Position numbers and translations under genes: made by a program
The notes under the pieces: model-generated
What the model was told of the DNA's origin: nothing
What the model saw: only the letters and a program-made list of their open reading frames with translations
Database searches by the model: none
Shown here: piece by piece, positions 32,060-41,853 of the stretch
How the letters are laid out: every line of letters starts with the position of its first letter
How positions within the stretch are numbered: position 1 is the first letter of the stretch
Origin: Candidatus Poribacteria bacterium
GTDB taxonomy: Bacteria; Poribacteria; WGA-4E; PCPOR2b
Length of the DNA: 64,000 nt
Assembly: GCA_965208675.1 (NCBI GenBank)
Contig: OZ242351.1
Span: forward strand, 3,744,001-3,808,000
Direction: 5' to 3'

Positions 32060-33841
32060 ATGTCAAAATTTGATTTTGTAATTGCTATGGGCGGCGCGCC
32101 GGGTCAGGGACTTGAAAGTGCAGGTCCCGTATTGATAAGAATTTGCGCTCGCCGCGGGCTTTCTGCATTCGCCTACAGCGCGTATCAGTCGCTGATCCGC
32201 GGCGGTCATACCTTTTTGACCATACGCATCTGTTCGGAACCGGTCGCTAACCATGGTGATAGGATTAATATGGTCATTGCATTGAATCAGGATGCGATGG
32301 ATAAACACCTTCAGAATATTGCTCCGGGCGGGGTGATTCTTTATAACAGCGATAATACGTCCCCGCCAGATAATACTCCCGAAGATGTCCAGCTATGCGC
32401 ACTCTCCTTTAAGGAACTGAGCAATAACAGCCGAAATAGAGTTATGCTAAATACGCTAATGCTTGGCGCTACGCTCTACATAACAGGCGCCGGCTTGGAA
32501 GAACTTGAAGACATCTTGACAATTCAGTTCAAGCGAAAGGGCCAGGAAGTTGTTGATGAGAACATAGGTATTGCCCGCGCCGGTTATAATCATGCTGCCG
32601 AACATTTTACCCCGTTTTCAACGCCGTTCCCATATCAGGATAAGCCGCTCGCCGTGACGACTGGCAACGAGGCGATGGCGATGGGCGGTGCGGCAGCGGG
32701 CGTCAAATTTTACTGCGCTTATCCGATGAGCCCATCGACGGGCGTTCTGCACTGGATGGCTGCGAACGCGAGAGATTTGGGCATTATGGTTCGTCAGGTT
32801 GAGGATGAAATCGGGGTTGCTAATATGGCGATTGGTGCCGCCCATGCGGGCTGCCGCGCTATGTGCGCAACTTCGGGCGGCGGATTTGCTTTGATGAGTG
32901 AAGCCATCGGGAGTGCTGGGATGATGGAGATACCAACTGTTTTTATAAATGTGCAGCGCGGCGGGCCTTCAACCGGGCTACCGACCAAGACGGAGCAGGG
33001 CGATTTATGGCAAATGCTCGGCGCCAGTCAGGGAGATTTTCCAAAGATTATTGTCGCGCCGACCAGTATTGCCGATGGTTTCCACACAATTCCCGAGCTA
33101 TTTAATTTAGTGGATAAATTTCAGTGCCCGGGTATGGTCATCTCCGATCTCACCCTGTCTATGGGATACACGACCATCGATCCCGAAGAAATCAATTGGA
33201 ATCCTGAGATAGATCGGGGCGAACTCATCGCCGAAGACAACGTCAGCGGGGATAAATACCTGCGTTTCAAGGTTACTGAGAGCGGTATCTCTCCACGCGC
33301 ATTACCGGGGACGGCTGGACACGTACACGTCGTAGCAACTGACGAACACGATGAAGATGGCGGCTTGATTACTGATGAATTTACAAACCCGCACATTCGC
33401 CGAGAGATTATGGAAAAACGGCAGCGTAAAATGGAAGGTATTAGTGCGTTAATGCCGCCGCCGGATCTCAAAGGCGCTGAAGACGCCGATATCACCCTAA
33501 TTGGCTGGGGTTCTACAGAAGACGTCATTGGGGAAGCCGCCAGCCTGTTGAGAACGGAAGGATTCAGCGTCAATCATGTACATTTCAAATGGCTTTACCC
33601 GATAAATGAAGATAGAACTAACCAGGTACTCTCCAAATGTAAACGAGCAATTATTGTGGAATGTAACTACACAGGCCAATTTGCGCGCTTCTTGCGTGGG
33701 GAAACCGGCTTCAAAGCTGATGGGCATATACGCAAGTATGACGGGGAGCCGTTTATGCCGCACCATATAGTGGATGGTGCCAAAGAGATAGATGCTGGTA
33801 AAACAGATTTGTATGTGCCGTATCAAGAAATTGTGGTATAA
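32060..33841 (+). CDS. 2-oxoacid:ferredoxin oxidoreductase alpha subunit (gamma-alpha fusion)
   Basis: Motifs GGAPGQG, YPMSPST, QVEDEI, ATSGGGF and QRGGPSTGLPT; SD gagga before the ATG at 32060. Confidence 0.93.
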   Translation: MSKFDFVIAMGGAPGQGLESAGPVLIRICARRGLSAFAYSAYQSLIRGGHTFLTIRICSEPVANHGDRINMVIALNQDAMDKHLQNIAPGGVILYNSDNTSPPDNTPEDVQLCALSFKELSNNSRNRVMLNTLMLGATLYITGAGLEELEDILTIQFKRKGQEVVDENIGIARAGYNHAAEHFTPFSTPFPYQDKPLAVTTGNEAMAMGGAAAGVKFYCAYPMSPSTGVLHWMAANARDLGIMVRQVEDEIGVANMAIGAAHAGCRAMCATSGGGFALMSEAIGSAGMMEIPTVFINVQRGGPSTGLPTKTEQGDLWQMLGASQGDFPKIIVAPTSIADGFHTIPELFNLVDKFQCPGMVISDLTLSMGYTTIDPEEINWNPEIDRGELIAEDNVSGDKYLRFKVTESGISPRALPGTAGHVHVVATDEHDEDGGLITDEFTNPHIRREIMEKRQRKMEGISALMPPPDLKGAEDADITLIGWGSTEDVIGEAASLLRTEGFSVNHVHFKWLYPINEDRTNQVLSKCKRAIIVECNYTGQFARFLRGETGFKADGHIRKYDGEPFMPHHIVDGAKEIDAGKTDLYVPYQEIVV

Positions 33842-33852
33842 GGAGGAATCAC

Positions 33853-34752
33853 ATGGCAAAGGATGATAAACCCATCAAAGCCGCACCAACAGCGAAGGAT
33901 TTTAAGGGAAGTGTAGCCCCAGATTGGTGTCCAGGCTGCGGTGATTTTGGGGTATTGAGGGCGCTTGAGATGGCGTGCGCGAAGACCGGACGCGAACCGC
34001 ACGAGTTTGTAACGATTAGCGGCATCGGATGTTCTTCCAATCTGCCCGGCTTTTTTAATACTTATGGAATGCATACGCTTCACGGCCGGTCGCTTGCTGT
34101 GGCTACCGGCGTCAAACTCGCCAATCACAATCTCAAAGTAATCGTGACCGGCGGGGATGGCGATGGTTTTGGTATCGGCGGCAACCATTTCATGCATACC
34201 ATGCGCCGCAATATCGATCTCCTATACATTGTGATGGATAACCAGATTTACGGATTGACAATTGGTCAGGCATCACCCACGAGCCGAATGGGAATGAAGA
34301 CAAAGAGTACCCCCTTTGGCACCGTCGAACAACCCATCAATCCGCTTGCCTTGGCGATTGTTTCCGGTGCAACCTACGTTGCAAGAGGATTTAGCGGTGA
34401 CACGAAGCATCTCACCGAACTGATGTACAGAGGCATGGAACACGAAGGATTCGCTTTTGTAGATGTTTTCAGCCCTTGTATTACTTTCAACAGAGACAAC
34501 ACATTTGCATATTTCAAACAACGTGTGAGGAAACTCGAAGAAACGGACCATGATCCCAATGATATGCAAGCAGCGATTACGCACGCCATGACATGGGACG
34601 AGGAAATCCCCATCGGGCTGTTTTATCACGACACGAGTCGTTCTTCTCTTGAAGAACTGGAGCCAGTCCTTCATGAAGGTGTTCCGCTTGCACATCAGCA
34701 GCTCGGCATTACAAAGGAGCAGGGAGATGCCATCATCAGAAAGATGATGTAA
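33853..34752 (+). CDS. 2-oxoacid:ferredoxin oxidoreductase beta subunit
   Basis: Motifs WCPGCGD, SGIGCS, LHGR, TPP motif GGDGD...N and SPC. Confidence 0.94.
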   Translation: MAKDDKPIKAAPTAKDFKGSVAPDWCPGCGDFGVLRALEMACAKTGREPHEFVTISGIGCSSNLPGFFNTYGMHTLHGRSLAVATGVKLANHNLKVIVTGGDGDGFGIGGNHFMHTMRRNIDLLYIVMDNQIYGLTIGQASPTSRMGMKTKSTPFGTVEQPINPLALAIVSGATYVARGFSGDTKHLTELMYRGMEHEGFAFVDVFSPCITFNRDNTFAYFKQRVRKLEETDHDPNDMQAAITHAMTWDEEIPIGLFYHDTSRSSLEELEPVLHEGVPLAHQQLGITKEQGDAIIRKMM

Positions 34753-34813
34753 TCTGAGTGCGCTAGCTAGTCAGGTTTTTGAGCAAGTGCGAGAATTTGT
34801 CTTGTTTTCTCCG

Positions 34814-34846
34814 AAACAGCCCCGATTGCTGATTGGGGCTGTTTTT
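34814..34846 (+). terminator. Rho-independent terminator
   Basis: aaacagccccgat-tgctg-attggggctgttttt hairpin with a T-rich tail. Confidence 0.7.
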
Positions 34847-34961
34847 GTTTGTGGGAAAAGCCTAAAGACAGCGCCAGTGGCTTGTGTCCTGTTGCCAGCA
34901 AGAGCGTCTTTACCGACCACTAGCTGCTAGTCAATATTTCTAAGAGCGCGGGTATTTTCGT

Positions 34962-37658
34962 ATGAATTGTGAAGCTACAGACAATAAAACATCGCAAATG
35001 GAAGCTGCTGAACTTCACGAATGGTTCGATTCCTTGGATTATGTTTTGCAGCGTCATGGACCGGCGAGTGTTCAGCGTCTATTGCGCACATTAAACATCC
35101 ATGCATTTGAGCAGGGCGTTCGATTTCCTTTCACGGCGAATACACCCTACATCAACACCATTCCAGCAGAGCAGGAAGTTCAATTTCCGGGGAATAGAGA
35201 AATTGAGCGGCGTATCAAGAACATCATCCGTTGGAATGCAATGGCGATGGTGGTGCGCGCCAACCGCGATGACAGCTCCGTCGGAGGACATATTTCAAGC
35301 TATGCTTCCGCGGCTACATTATATGAGGTTGGTTTTAACCACTTTTTCCGCGCTAAGAGTGAAGACCATGAAGGCGATTTGGTCTATTTTCAAGGACATG
35401 CCTCACCCGGGATTTATGCCAGGGCATTTTTGGAAGGGCGTATTTCCAAACAGGATTTGGAGAACTTCCGTAAAGAACTACAACCCGGGGGCGGCCTCTC
35501 ATCATATCCTCATCCATGGTTGATGCCAAACTTCTGGCAATTTCCCACAGTTTCCATGGGACTTACGCCGATTATGGCGATTTATCAAGCTCGGTTTGTA
35601 CGCTATCTTGAGGATAGGGGCTTAAAAGCACCGAGCGATGCAAAAGTGTGGGCTTTCCTTGGCGACGGCGAAATGGACGAACCGGAATCCCTCGGGTCAA
35701 TCTCTCTGGCTTCCCGAGAAAGACTAGACAACCTAATCTTTGTGATTAACTGCAACCTACAGCGGCTTGATGGCCCTGTGCGGGGAAACGGCAAAATTAT
35801 CCAAGAACTAGAAACTGTCTTACGGGGCGCTGGCTGGAATGTCATCAAAGTCATTTGGGGGGACGACTGGGACCCGCTGCTCGCTGAAGACCGCGAAGGA
35901 CATTTGTTGAAGCGGATGGAAGAGGTTGTTGACGGGCAGTATCAAAAGTACAAGACGGGTTCCGGGGCGGAATCCGGACGGTATATCCGCCAACACTTTT
36001 TTGGTGAGGCGCCTCGCTTACTGGAACTCGTTAAGCACCTTTCCGATGAACAGCTCTACAAGTTGAGGCGGGGCGGGCACGATCCCAAAAAGGTGTATAA
36101 TGCATATAAAGCCGCCTTCGATCACAAAGGCGCCCCTTCTGTCATTTTGGCGAAAACAATAAAAGGATACGGCCTCGGTGAAACCGGTGAAGGCAAGAAC
36201 ATCACTCATCAACAGAAGAAGTTGAACGAGGAGGAGCTTCGTGAATTTCGAAGCCGTTTTAATATCCCGATTTCAGATGATGAAGTTGCCGAAGCGCCGT
36301 TTTACAGGCCGCCTGACAATAGTCCGGAAATACAATACCTGCACGAACGCCGGCGGAAACTCGGCGGCTATGTACCTAAACGTACGGTAATGGCACCACC
36401 CCTTAAACGACCGCCGGAATCTCTGTTTGCAGAGTTTTACAAAGGCTCGGACGGCAGGGAGGTTTCCACGACAATGGCGTTTGTGCGGATGCTAACGAAA
36501 ATGCTGCGGGATAAGGAGATTGGCGAGTTAATTGTGCCAATCGTGCCTGATGAGGCTCGTACTTTCGGAATGGAAGCCTTATTCCGACAGGTTGGCATTT
36601 ACTCGTCTGTCGGGCAGCTTTACGAACCTGTTGACGCCGACACGCTGCTCTACTATAAAGAAAGCAGAGATGGACAAATTCTAGAAGAAGGGCTTACCGA
36701 AGCGGGTTCAATGTCTTCGTTTATGGCTGCAGGCACCGCATATGCGACTTTCGGCATCAACACTATCCCCTTCTTCATCTTCTATTCCATGTTTGGGCTT
36801 CAGCGGATTGGCGATTTCATATGGGCGGCTGGCGACATGCGTTGCCGGGGTTTCCTTATCGGTGCAACTTCAGGCCGCACCACGCTCGCCGGCGAGGGGC
36901 TCCAGCATCAGGACGGACATAGCCATCTGCTGGCATATTCCGTTCCAAACCTCCTCACATATGACCCCGCGTTCGCTTATGAACTGGCTATCATCCTTCA
37001 AGACGGTATCCGCCGGATGTATGAAGACCAGGAAAGTATCTACTACTATCTGACCGTGGGAAATGAACCGTACGTTATGCCGCCAATGCCCAACGAGGAT
37101 GTTAAGGATGGCATCCTCAAGGGGATGTACAAGTACAAAGGGACGGACTTAAAAGAGACGAACCTGCATGCTCAACTTTTGGGGAGCGGTTCTATCTTGA
37201 ATGAAGTTCTAAAGGCGGGGCAGATACTTGAAGATCGGTACAACGTTGCTGCCGATGTGTGGAGTGTTACGAGCTATAAACAGTTGTACCGCGATGGAGA
37301 TTCTGTCGAACGTTGGAATATGTTGCATCCGTCCGAGCAGGCTAGAGTTCCGTATGTAACCGCATGTTTCGAAGATGCGCCCGGTGTTTTTGTGGCGGCT
37401 TCGGATTATGTCAAAGCGCTTCCGGACTCGATTTCTCAATGGATACCTAGACCGCTTGTTACCTTGGGTACGGACGGCTTCGGCAGAAGTGATGACCGAG
37501 CCGCACTGCGTGATTATTTTGAAGTGGATGCCAGATTCATTACGCTGGCGACGCTTAATGCGCTTGCCTGCGAAGGCAAGATTTCATTTGACGTTGTACA
37601 GGCTGCGATGCAAGAATTGGAGATAGACTCGAAAAAACCCAATCCTTTGGATGTTTAG
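34962..37658 (+). CDS. aceE: Pyruvate dehydrogenase E1, homodimeric type
   Basis: Motifs FQGHASPGIYA, GDGEMDEPES, NCNLQRLDGPV and GEGLQHQD. Confidence 0.96.
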   Translation: MNCEATDNKTSQMEAAELHEWFDSLDYVLQRHGPASVQRLLRTLNIHAFEQGVRFPFTANTPYINTIPAEQEVQFPGNREIERRIKNIIRWNAMAMVVRANRDDSSVGGHISSYASAATLYEVGFNHFFRAKSEDHEGDLVYFQGHASPGIYARAFLEGRISKQDLENFRKELQPGGGLSSYPHPWLMPNFWQFPTVSMGLTPIMAIYQARFVRYLEDRGLKAPSDAKVWAFLGDGEMDEPESLGSISLASRERLDNLIFVINCNLQRLDGPVRGNGKIIQELETVLRGAGWNVIKVIWGDDWDPLLAEDREGHLLKRMEEVVDGQYQKYKTGSGAESGRYIRQHFFGEAPRLLELVKHLSDEQLYKLRRGGHDPKKVYNAYKAAFDHKGAPSVILAKTIKGYGLGETGEGKNITHQQKKLNEEELREFRSRFNIPISDDEVAEAPFYRPPDNSPEIQYLHERRRKLGGYVPKRTVMAPPLKRPPESLFAEFYKGSDGREVSTTMAFVRMLTKMLRDKEIGELIVPIVPDEARTFGMEALFRQVGIYSSVGQLYEPVDADTLLYYKESRDGQILEEGLTEAGSMSSFMAAGTAYATFGINTIPFFIFYSMFGLQRIGDFIWAAGDMRCRGFLIGATSGRTTLAGEGLQHQDGHSHLLAYSVPNLLTYDPAFAYELAIILQDGIRRMYEDQESIYYYLTVGNEPYVMPPMPNEDVKDGILKGMYKYKGTDLKETNLHAQLLGSGSILNEVLKAGQILEDRYNVAADVWSVTSYKQLYRDGDSVERWNMLHPSEQARVPYVTACFEDAPGVFVAASDYVKALPDSISQWIPRPLVTLGTDGFGRSDDRAALRDYFEVDARFITLATLNALACEGKISFDVVQAAMQELEIDSKKPNPLDV

Positions 37659-37761
37659 TAGTGATTAGTGACGGGTGTAAAGGCAGCGATTCGTGGATGG
37701 TGATGAGCAAAAGCCTTAACTAACCACTGAACAAAAACCTGTAACAACTTGGTGAAGAGAG

Positions 37762-39087
37762 ATGGAACAACAATTTGTGCTTCCCGAACTTGGTGAAAAT
37801 ATAGAAGATGGCGATGTTTTAAGCATCTTGGTATCAGTGGGGGATACCATCGAAGAAGAGCAGCCCGTACTGGAAATCGAAACGGACAAGGCAGCCATTG
37901 AGGTGCCGTGCTCGGTTAGCGGTGTTGTCAAAGCGATTCATGTAGAAGAAGGCGGTAAGGCTAAAGTTGGACACCCCATCCTGACTGTGGAGACGATGGG
38001 TGAGGGTAAAGCCGTTGAGGTCGAAGCGCCTACTGCGACAAGCGTAGCTGATGATGAGGATACAATTACGCCTGAAGATTCGCCTCAGGACGCGGCGCCG
38101 GTAGTCGAATTCGAACCCGCACACCGCATCCCCGATACGCCGCCGACAGAGGTAATTCCTCGTGACATTGCGCCGGCATCGCCATCCGTTCGCCGATTTG
38201 CGCGCGAGATTGGAATTGATATAAATCAAGTCACTGGTTCAGGTCCTGGTGGACGAATTTCTGTTGACGACATCAAGAATCATGCATATCAAATTAATGC
38301 TGAGCCAATAGCACAAGGGGCAGCTTCCCCGGGTGCTGCGAGCCAAATTCCCGCGCCGCCGCTTCCGGATTTCTCGAAATGGGGCGAAGTGGAACGTGAG
38401 CCGATGAGCAGTGTGCGCCGTGCGACCGCGGCGCACATGGCGACTGCCTGGTCGGCAATCCCCCATGTGACTCAATCCGATAAGGCTGATATTACCGAAT
38501 TAGAAAAACTTCGCAAGCAATTCCAGGCGAGAGCAGAAACGTCGGGAGGAAAACTGACGATTACCGCTATTGTGCTAAAAGTCGCCGCTTTTGCGTTGAA
38601 ACGGTTCCCGCAATTTAACGCAAGCGTCGATATGGCGAAGCGCGAAATCATCTATAAGAAATATTACGATGTCGGCGTAGCGGTTGATACGGATCGTGGA
38701 CTTTTGGTGCCGGTCATTCGGGATGTAGATCGGAAGAGCATCATTGAGCTATCTGCCGAATTAAGCCAGATTGCCGAAATGGCGCGCAGCAAGAAACTGA
38801 CGCCTGAAGATATGCAGGGCGGAACGTTCACGGTAACGAATCTAGGGGGTATTGGCGGCACTCACTTTTCTCCAATTGTGAATCATCCCGAGGTTGCGAT
38901 TCTCGGTATTGCCCGCGGCCGTATTGAACCTGTCCTGATTAACGACGCGTTTCAACCCCGCACGCTGTTGCCGCTCATACTTTCGTACGATCACCGCTTA
39001 ATTGACGGAGCGGATGCGGCTCGATTTTTGCGCTCGATTGCGGAAATGCTTGAGGAACCTTTCTTGATTGCACTGGATTTGAAATGA
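37762..39087 (+). CDS. aceF: Dihydrolipoamide acyltransferase E2 with a single lipoyl domain
   Basis: Lipoyl ETDKA, subunit-binding ASPSVRRFARE..GSGPGGRI, catalytic DHRLIDG. Confidence 0.92.
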   Translation: MEQQFVLPELGENIEDGDVLSILVSVGDTIEEEQPVLEIETDKAAIEVPCSVSGVVKAIHVEEGGKAKVGHPILTVETMGEGKAVEVEAPTATSVADDEDTITPEDSPQDAAPVVEFEPAHRIPDTPPTEVIPRDIAPASPSVRRFAREIGIDINQVTGSGPGGRISVDDIKNHAYQINAEPIAQGAASPGAASQIPAPPLPDFSKWGEVEREPMSSVRRATAAHMATAWSAIPHVTQSDKADITELEKLRKQFQARAETSGGKLTITAIVLKVAAFALKRFPQFNASVDMAKREIIYKKYYDVGVAVDTDRGLLVPVIRDVDRKSIIELSAELSQIAEMARSKKLTPEDMQGGTFTVTNLGGIGGTHFSPIVNHPEVAILGIARGRIEPVLINDAFQPRTLLPLILSYDHRLIDGADAARFLRSIAEMLEEPFLIALDLK

Positions 39088-39167
39088 TCGCCTGAACGAG
39101 TAGCGATGGATCAACTGAGCGAATAGCGAGGGATCAACCGAGTGAACAGCGAGGGCGAAAGTCTTCA
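39086..39167 (+). repeat. Triple tandem of the 23-bp GATC mini-repeat
   Basis: GATC at 39086, 39109 and 39132 (period 23), ending gcgaaagtcttc. Confidence 0.75.
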
Positions 39168-39213
39168 TTCTCCACTCAACACTGCTCTTTTTCACCGTCC
39201 TTGAGGATGCAAA

Positions 39214-40632
39214 TTGGGAATCGATAATTCAACGCAAGTTGCTGTAATTGGCGCAGGTCCTGGTGGATATGCCGCCGCATTTAGAGCTGCGGATTTGGGG
39301 ATGCAAGTTACCCTGATTGATTTGGAGCCCAATCCTGGCGGCGTCTGTCTTTACCGAGGTTGTATTCCGTCCAAAGCCCTATTACATATCGCAAGGGTGC
39401 TTACAGACGCACGCGAAGCGGTCGATTTGGGAATTGAATTTACTAAGCCGGCAATTGACCTCCATCGGGTGCGCACCTGGAAAGCGGGTTTGGTACAGAA
39501 AATGACGGCGGGGCTTGCGGAACTTTGTCAGCATCGAAATGTCAACTATATCCAAGGTAGAGCCATTTTCTTGGACGCTAAGAATCTTAGAATTCAGACC
39601 GATCTGGGTGAAGAAAACACACTGTTGTTCGACCATGCAATTTTGGCAACCGGCTCCCGACCCGCCACCGTACCTAACCTGTCCGTAAAAGGGCCTCGCA
39701 TTCTCGACTCAACGATCGCATTGGAACTAGATGAAGTTCCAAGAAACATGCTAGTGGTGGGCGGCGGCTACATCGGACTTGAGCTGGGGAGTGTTTACGC
39801 GGCACTCGGAACAGATGTCTCTGTCGTGGAGATGTTACCCGGTTTGCTAACGGGCGTTGACCGTGATCTCGTCAATGTCATCTCCAAGCGGCTGGAAAGG
39901 TTGTTCAAATCCATCGTTACCAATACCAAGGTTGCGCACATGGAAGAAACCCCAGAAGGTATCCGGGTACGACTTGAAGGTGCGGACATCGAAGCAACGG
40001 AACAGGTATTCGGGAAGATTCTCATCGCCATCGGGCGGAAGCCGAACACGATTGGTTTGGGTTTGGAAAATACAAGCGTCGAAATTGGCGGTGCGGGATT
40101 TGTTGTCGTGGATGCGCAAAGGCGGACGAAGGAGCCTACCATCTACGCCATCGGAGATGCGGCTGGAGAACCGATGCTTGCCCACAAGGCGTCTCATGAG
40201 GGTTTAATTGCGGCGGAAGCGATTGCCGGCCGCAAGGTTGCCTTTGAGCCGCGGGCGGTACCCGCGGTTGTCTTTACGGATCCGGAGATTGCATGGTGCG
40301 GCTTGACCGAGACGCAGGCGAAAAGCCAGAACCGACCCGTAGAGGTCGTCCGATTCCCGTGGGGTGCTTCCGGACGGGCGACGACGTTGGGGCGCAATGA
40401 CGGCCTCACCAAACTGCTCATCGATCCGGAGACAGAGCGGATATTGGGCGTGGGGATTGTTGGTGCCGGCGCCGGCGAGTTAATTGCAGAAGGCGTACTC
40501 GCCATCGAAATGGCGGCGACGGCATCCGACCTCCAATGGACTATCCATCCGCACCCAACCCTATCGGAAACAGTCATGGAATCCGCCGAAGTCTTTTTTG
40601 GCCACAGCACGCATATGTATCGGCCTAGGTAA
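39214..40632 (+). CDS. lpdA: Dihydrolipoamide dehydrogenase E3
   Basis: Motifs GAGPGGY, GGVCLYRGCIPSK, GGGYIGLE and HPHPTLSE. Confidence 0.96.
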   Translation: MGIDNSTQVAVIGAGPGGYAAAFRAADLGMQVTLIDLEPNPGGVCLYRGCIPSKALLHIARVLTDAREAVDLGIEFTKPAIDLHRVRTWKAGLVQKMTAGLAELCQHRNVNYIQGRAIFLDAKNLRIQTDLGEENTLLFDHAILATGSRPATVPNLSVKGPRILDSTIALELDEVPRNMLVVGGGYIGLELGSVYAALGTDVSVVEMLPGLLTGVDRDLVNVISKRLERLFKSIVTNTKVAHMEETPEGIRVRLEGADIEATEQVFGKILIAIGRKPNTIGLGLENTSVEIGGAGFVVVDAQRRTKEPTIYAIGDAAGEPMLAHKASHEGLIAAEAIAGRKVAFEPRAVPAVVFTDPEIAWCGLTETQAKSQNRPVEVVRFPWGASGRATTLGRNDGLTKLLIDPETERILGVGIVGAGAGELIAEGVLAIEMAATASDLQWTIHPHPTLSETVMESAEVFFGHSTHMYRPR

Positions 40633-40932
40633 GATTGGCCTTACCCTGAAGGGCGTTCTGCTTAGGCTTCCCACCTACTTGCCTTCCCGGGCGTATTGAT
40701 TTCCACTCTCTTTATATCCTATATAGACAATAGTGCTAGTTAAGTGTGAGCGAAATTCAACGATCGAAACCGAAGTCTTGACATTGCCCCGCTCCGACGG
40801 CATAATCGCAAGCGCCACGTAGTGCGCTAATAATGTCTACCTACCTGACACCAAAACACGCAGCTTACGGAGATTCCATTGTGGAGGCCGAATCCACAGC
40901 ATAGTAGATATAGATTGTCTAAGGCAACCAGT

Positions 40933-41145
40933 TTAAGAATTCTTAAATGTTTCCCAATCTATGCCTAACTGCCTAATTACAGTACGAAGCGTGCCAATTT
41001 TCAAATCCTTATTGCCCCAGTCAGGGATGACCGCTTCGTCTCCAGTTTTGGTATTAACCCAGGTGCGGTGAGATCCTGACTTGCGCTTAGGTTTTTCTTT
41101 ACAACCAAGCCGCTTTAATTTTTTGGTTGTGTTTCGATACTTCAT
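40933..41145 (-). CDS. hicA: HicA-family toxin
   Basis: Basic 70-aa protein with GSH catalytic motif and DLKIGTLRTVIRQLG. Confidence 0.88.
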   Translation of the reverse strand: MKYRNTTKKLKRLGCKEKPKRKSGSHRTWVNTKTGDEAVIPDWGNKDLKIGTLRTVIRQLGIDWETFKNS

Positions 41146-41398
41146 TGAATGCGACTACCGTTTCAAATGAGGGCATAGAATCTTCAGTGAATTCATCACC
41201 TGAATATTTGATTGCATTAGGGAGCGGACGATTATTGTGTTCATAAAGCTCGACAACGGCAGCAAAAGCATCAATTACGTTGGCTTCCATTTCATCTAAT
41301 GAATCACATTCGGTTATCAATTCGGGTATTTCTTTACATGTTATGGTAAATCCACCTTCCGGCTGTGATTCAAGGCGGAGGGTCAAAACACATTCCAT
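41099..41398 (-). CDS. hicB: HicB-family antitoxin
   Basis: EGGFTITCKEIPELITECDSLDEMEANVIDA; adjacent to hicA. Confidence 0.85.
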   Translation of the reverse strand: MECVLTLRLESQPEGGFTITCKEIPELITECDSLDEMEANVIDAFAAVVELYEHNNRPLPNAIKYSGDEFTEDSMPSFETVVAFNEVSKHNQKIKAAWL

Positions 41399-41627
41399 AT
41401 TTTTAGCTATCCTTTCGTTTGCGAGTGATTAGGTGTCTGCAATAAAATCATATTCAATTATTAGTGGTATAAATAGTAGGTACACACACCATTCCCACGA
41501 AGCGAAGACACGCCACGAGCAATTACAATATAAATCACGTAACGATGGTTTGGAAGCAAATTATAGCATATGACCTCATAACCCATGTCAAGCAAAAAAC
41601 GCTGAAAAATGCGCTACCGAAGTATCA

Positions 41628-41733
41628 GTCAGCAATCAAAAACCATGATCGAATCGCTCACAGGACGCATCACCATCCGCACCTTACCCAAATCTTACCC
41701 GTTTACCCGTTACGCTTTACTCATTACTCTTTT
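41628..41733 (+). repeat. ~105-bp direct repeat with 7-bp TTAC tandem units; second copy at ~44010-44112
   Basis: aaaaccatga...accttac.caaatctta.ccgtttac...ttacgctttactc.tta.tcttt is present at both sites. Confidence 0.8.
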
Positions 41734-41736
41734 CCA

Positions 41737-41766
41737 TTGACAAATTCGGTGATTTGATACTATTAT
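41737..41766 (+). promoter_or_regulatory. Putative sigma-70 promoter of the histidine kinase
   Basis: TTGACA-18 nt-TATTAT. Confidence 0.45.
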
Positions 41767-41853
41767 CCCGTAACAATCCCCGACAAATCCGAGTTGCACA
41801 AGCGAACCCATCAACTTAATCGTTTTTTGAACATGCGCTCCTAGGGAGAAAAC

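Noticed and set aside
15447-40610. Many antisense and alternate-frame ORFs over nuo, OFOR and PDH
   Set aside because: They are shadow ORFs of well-supported genes, without motifs.
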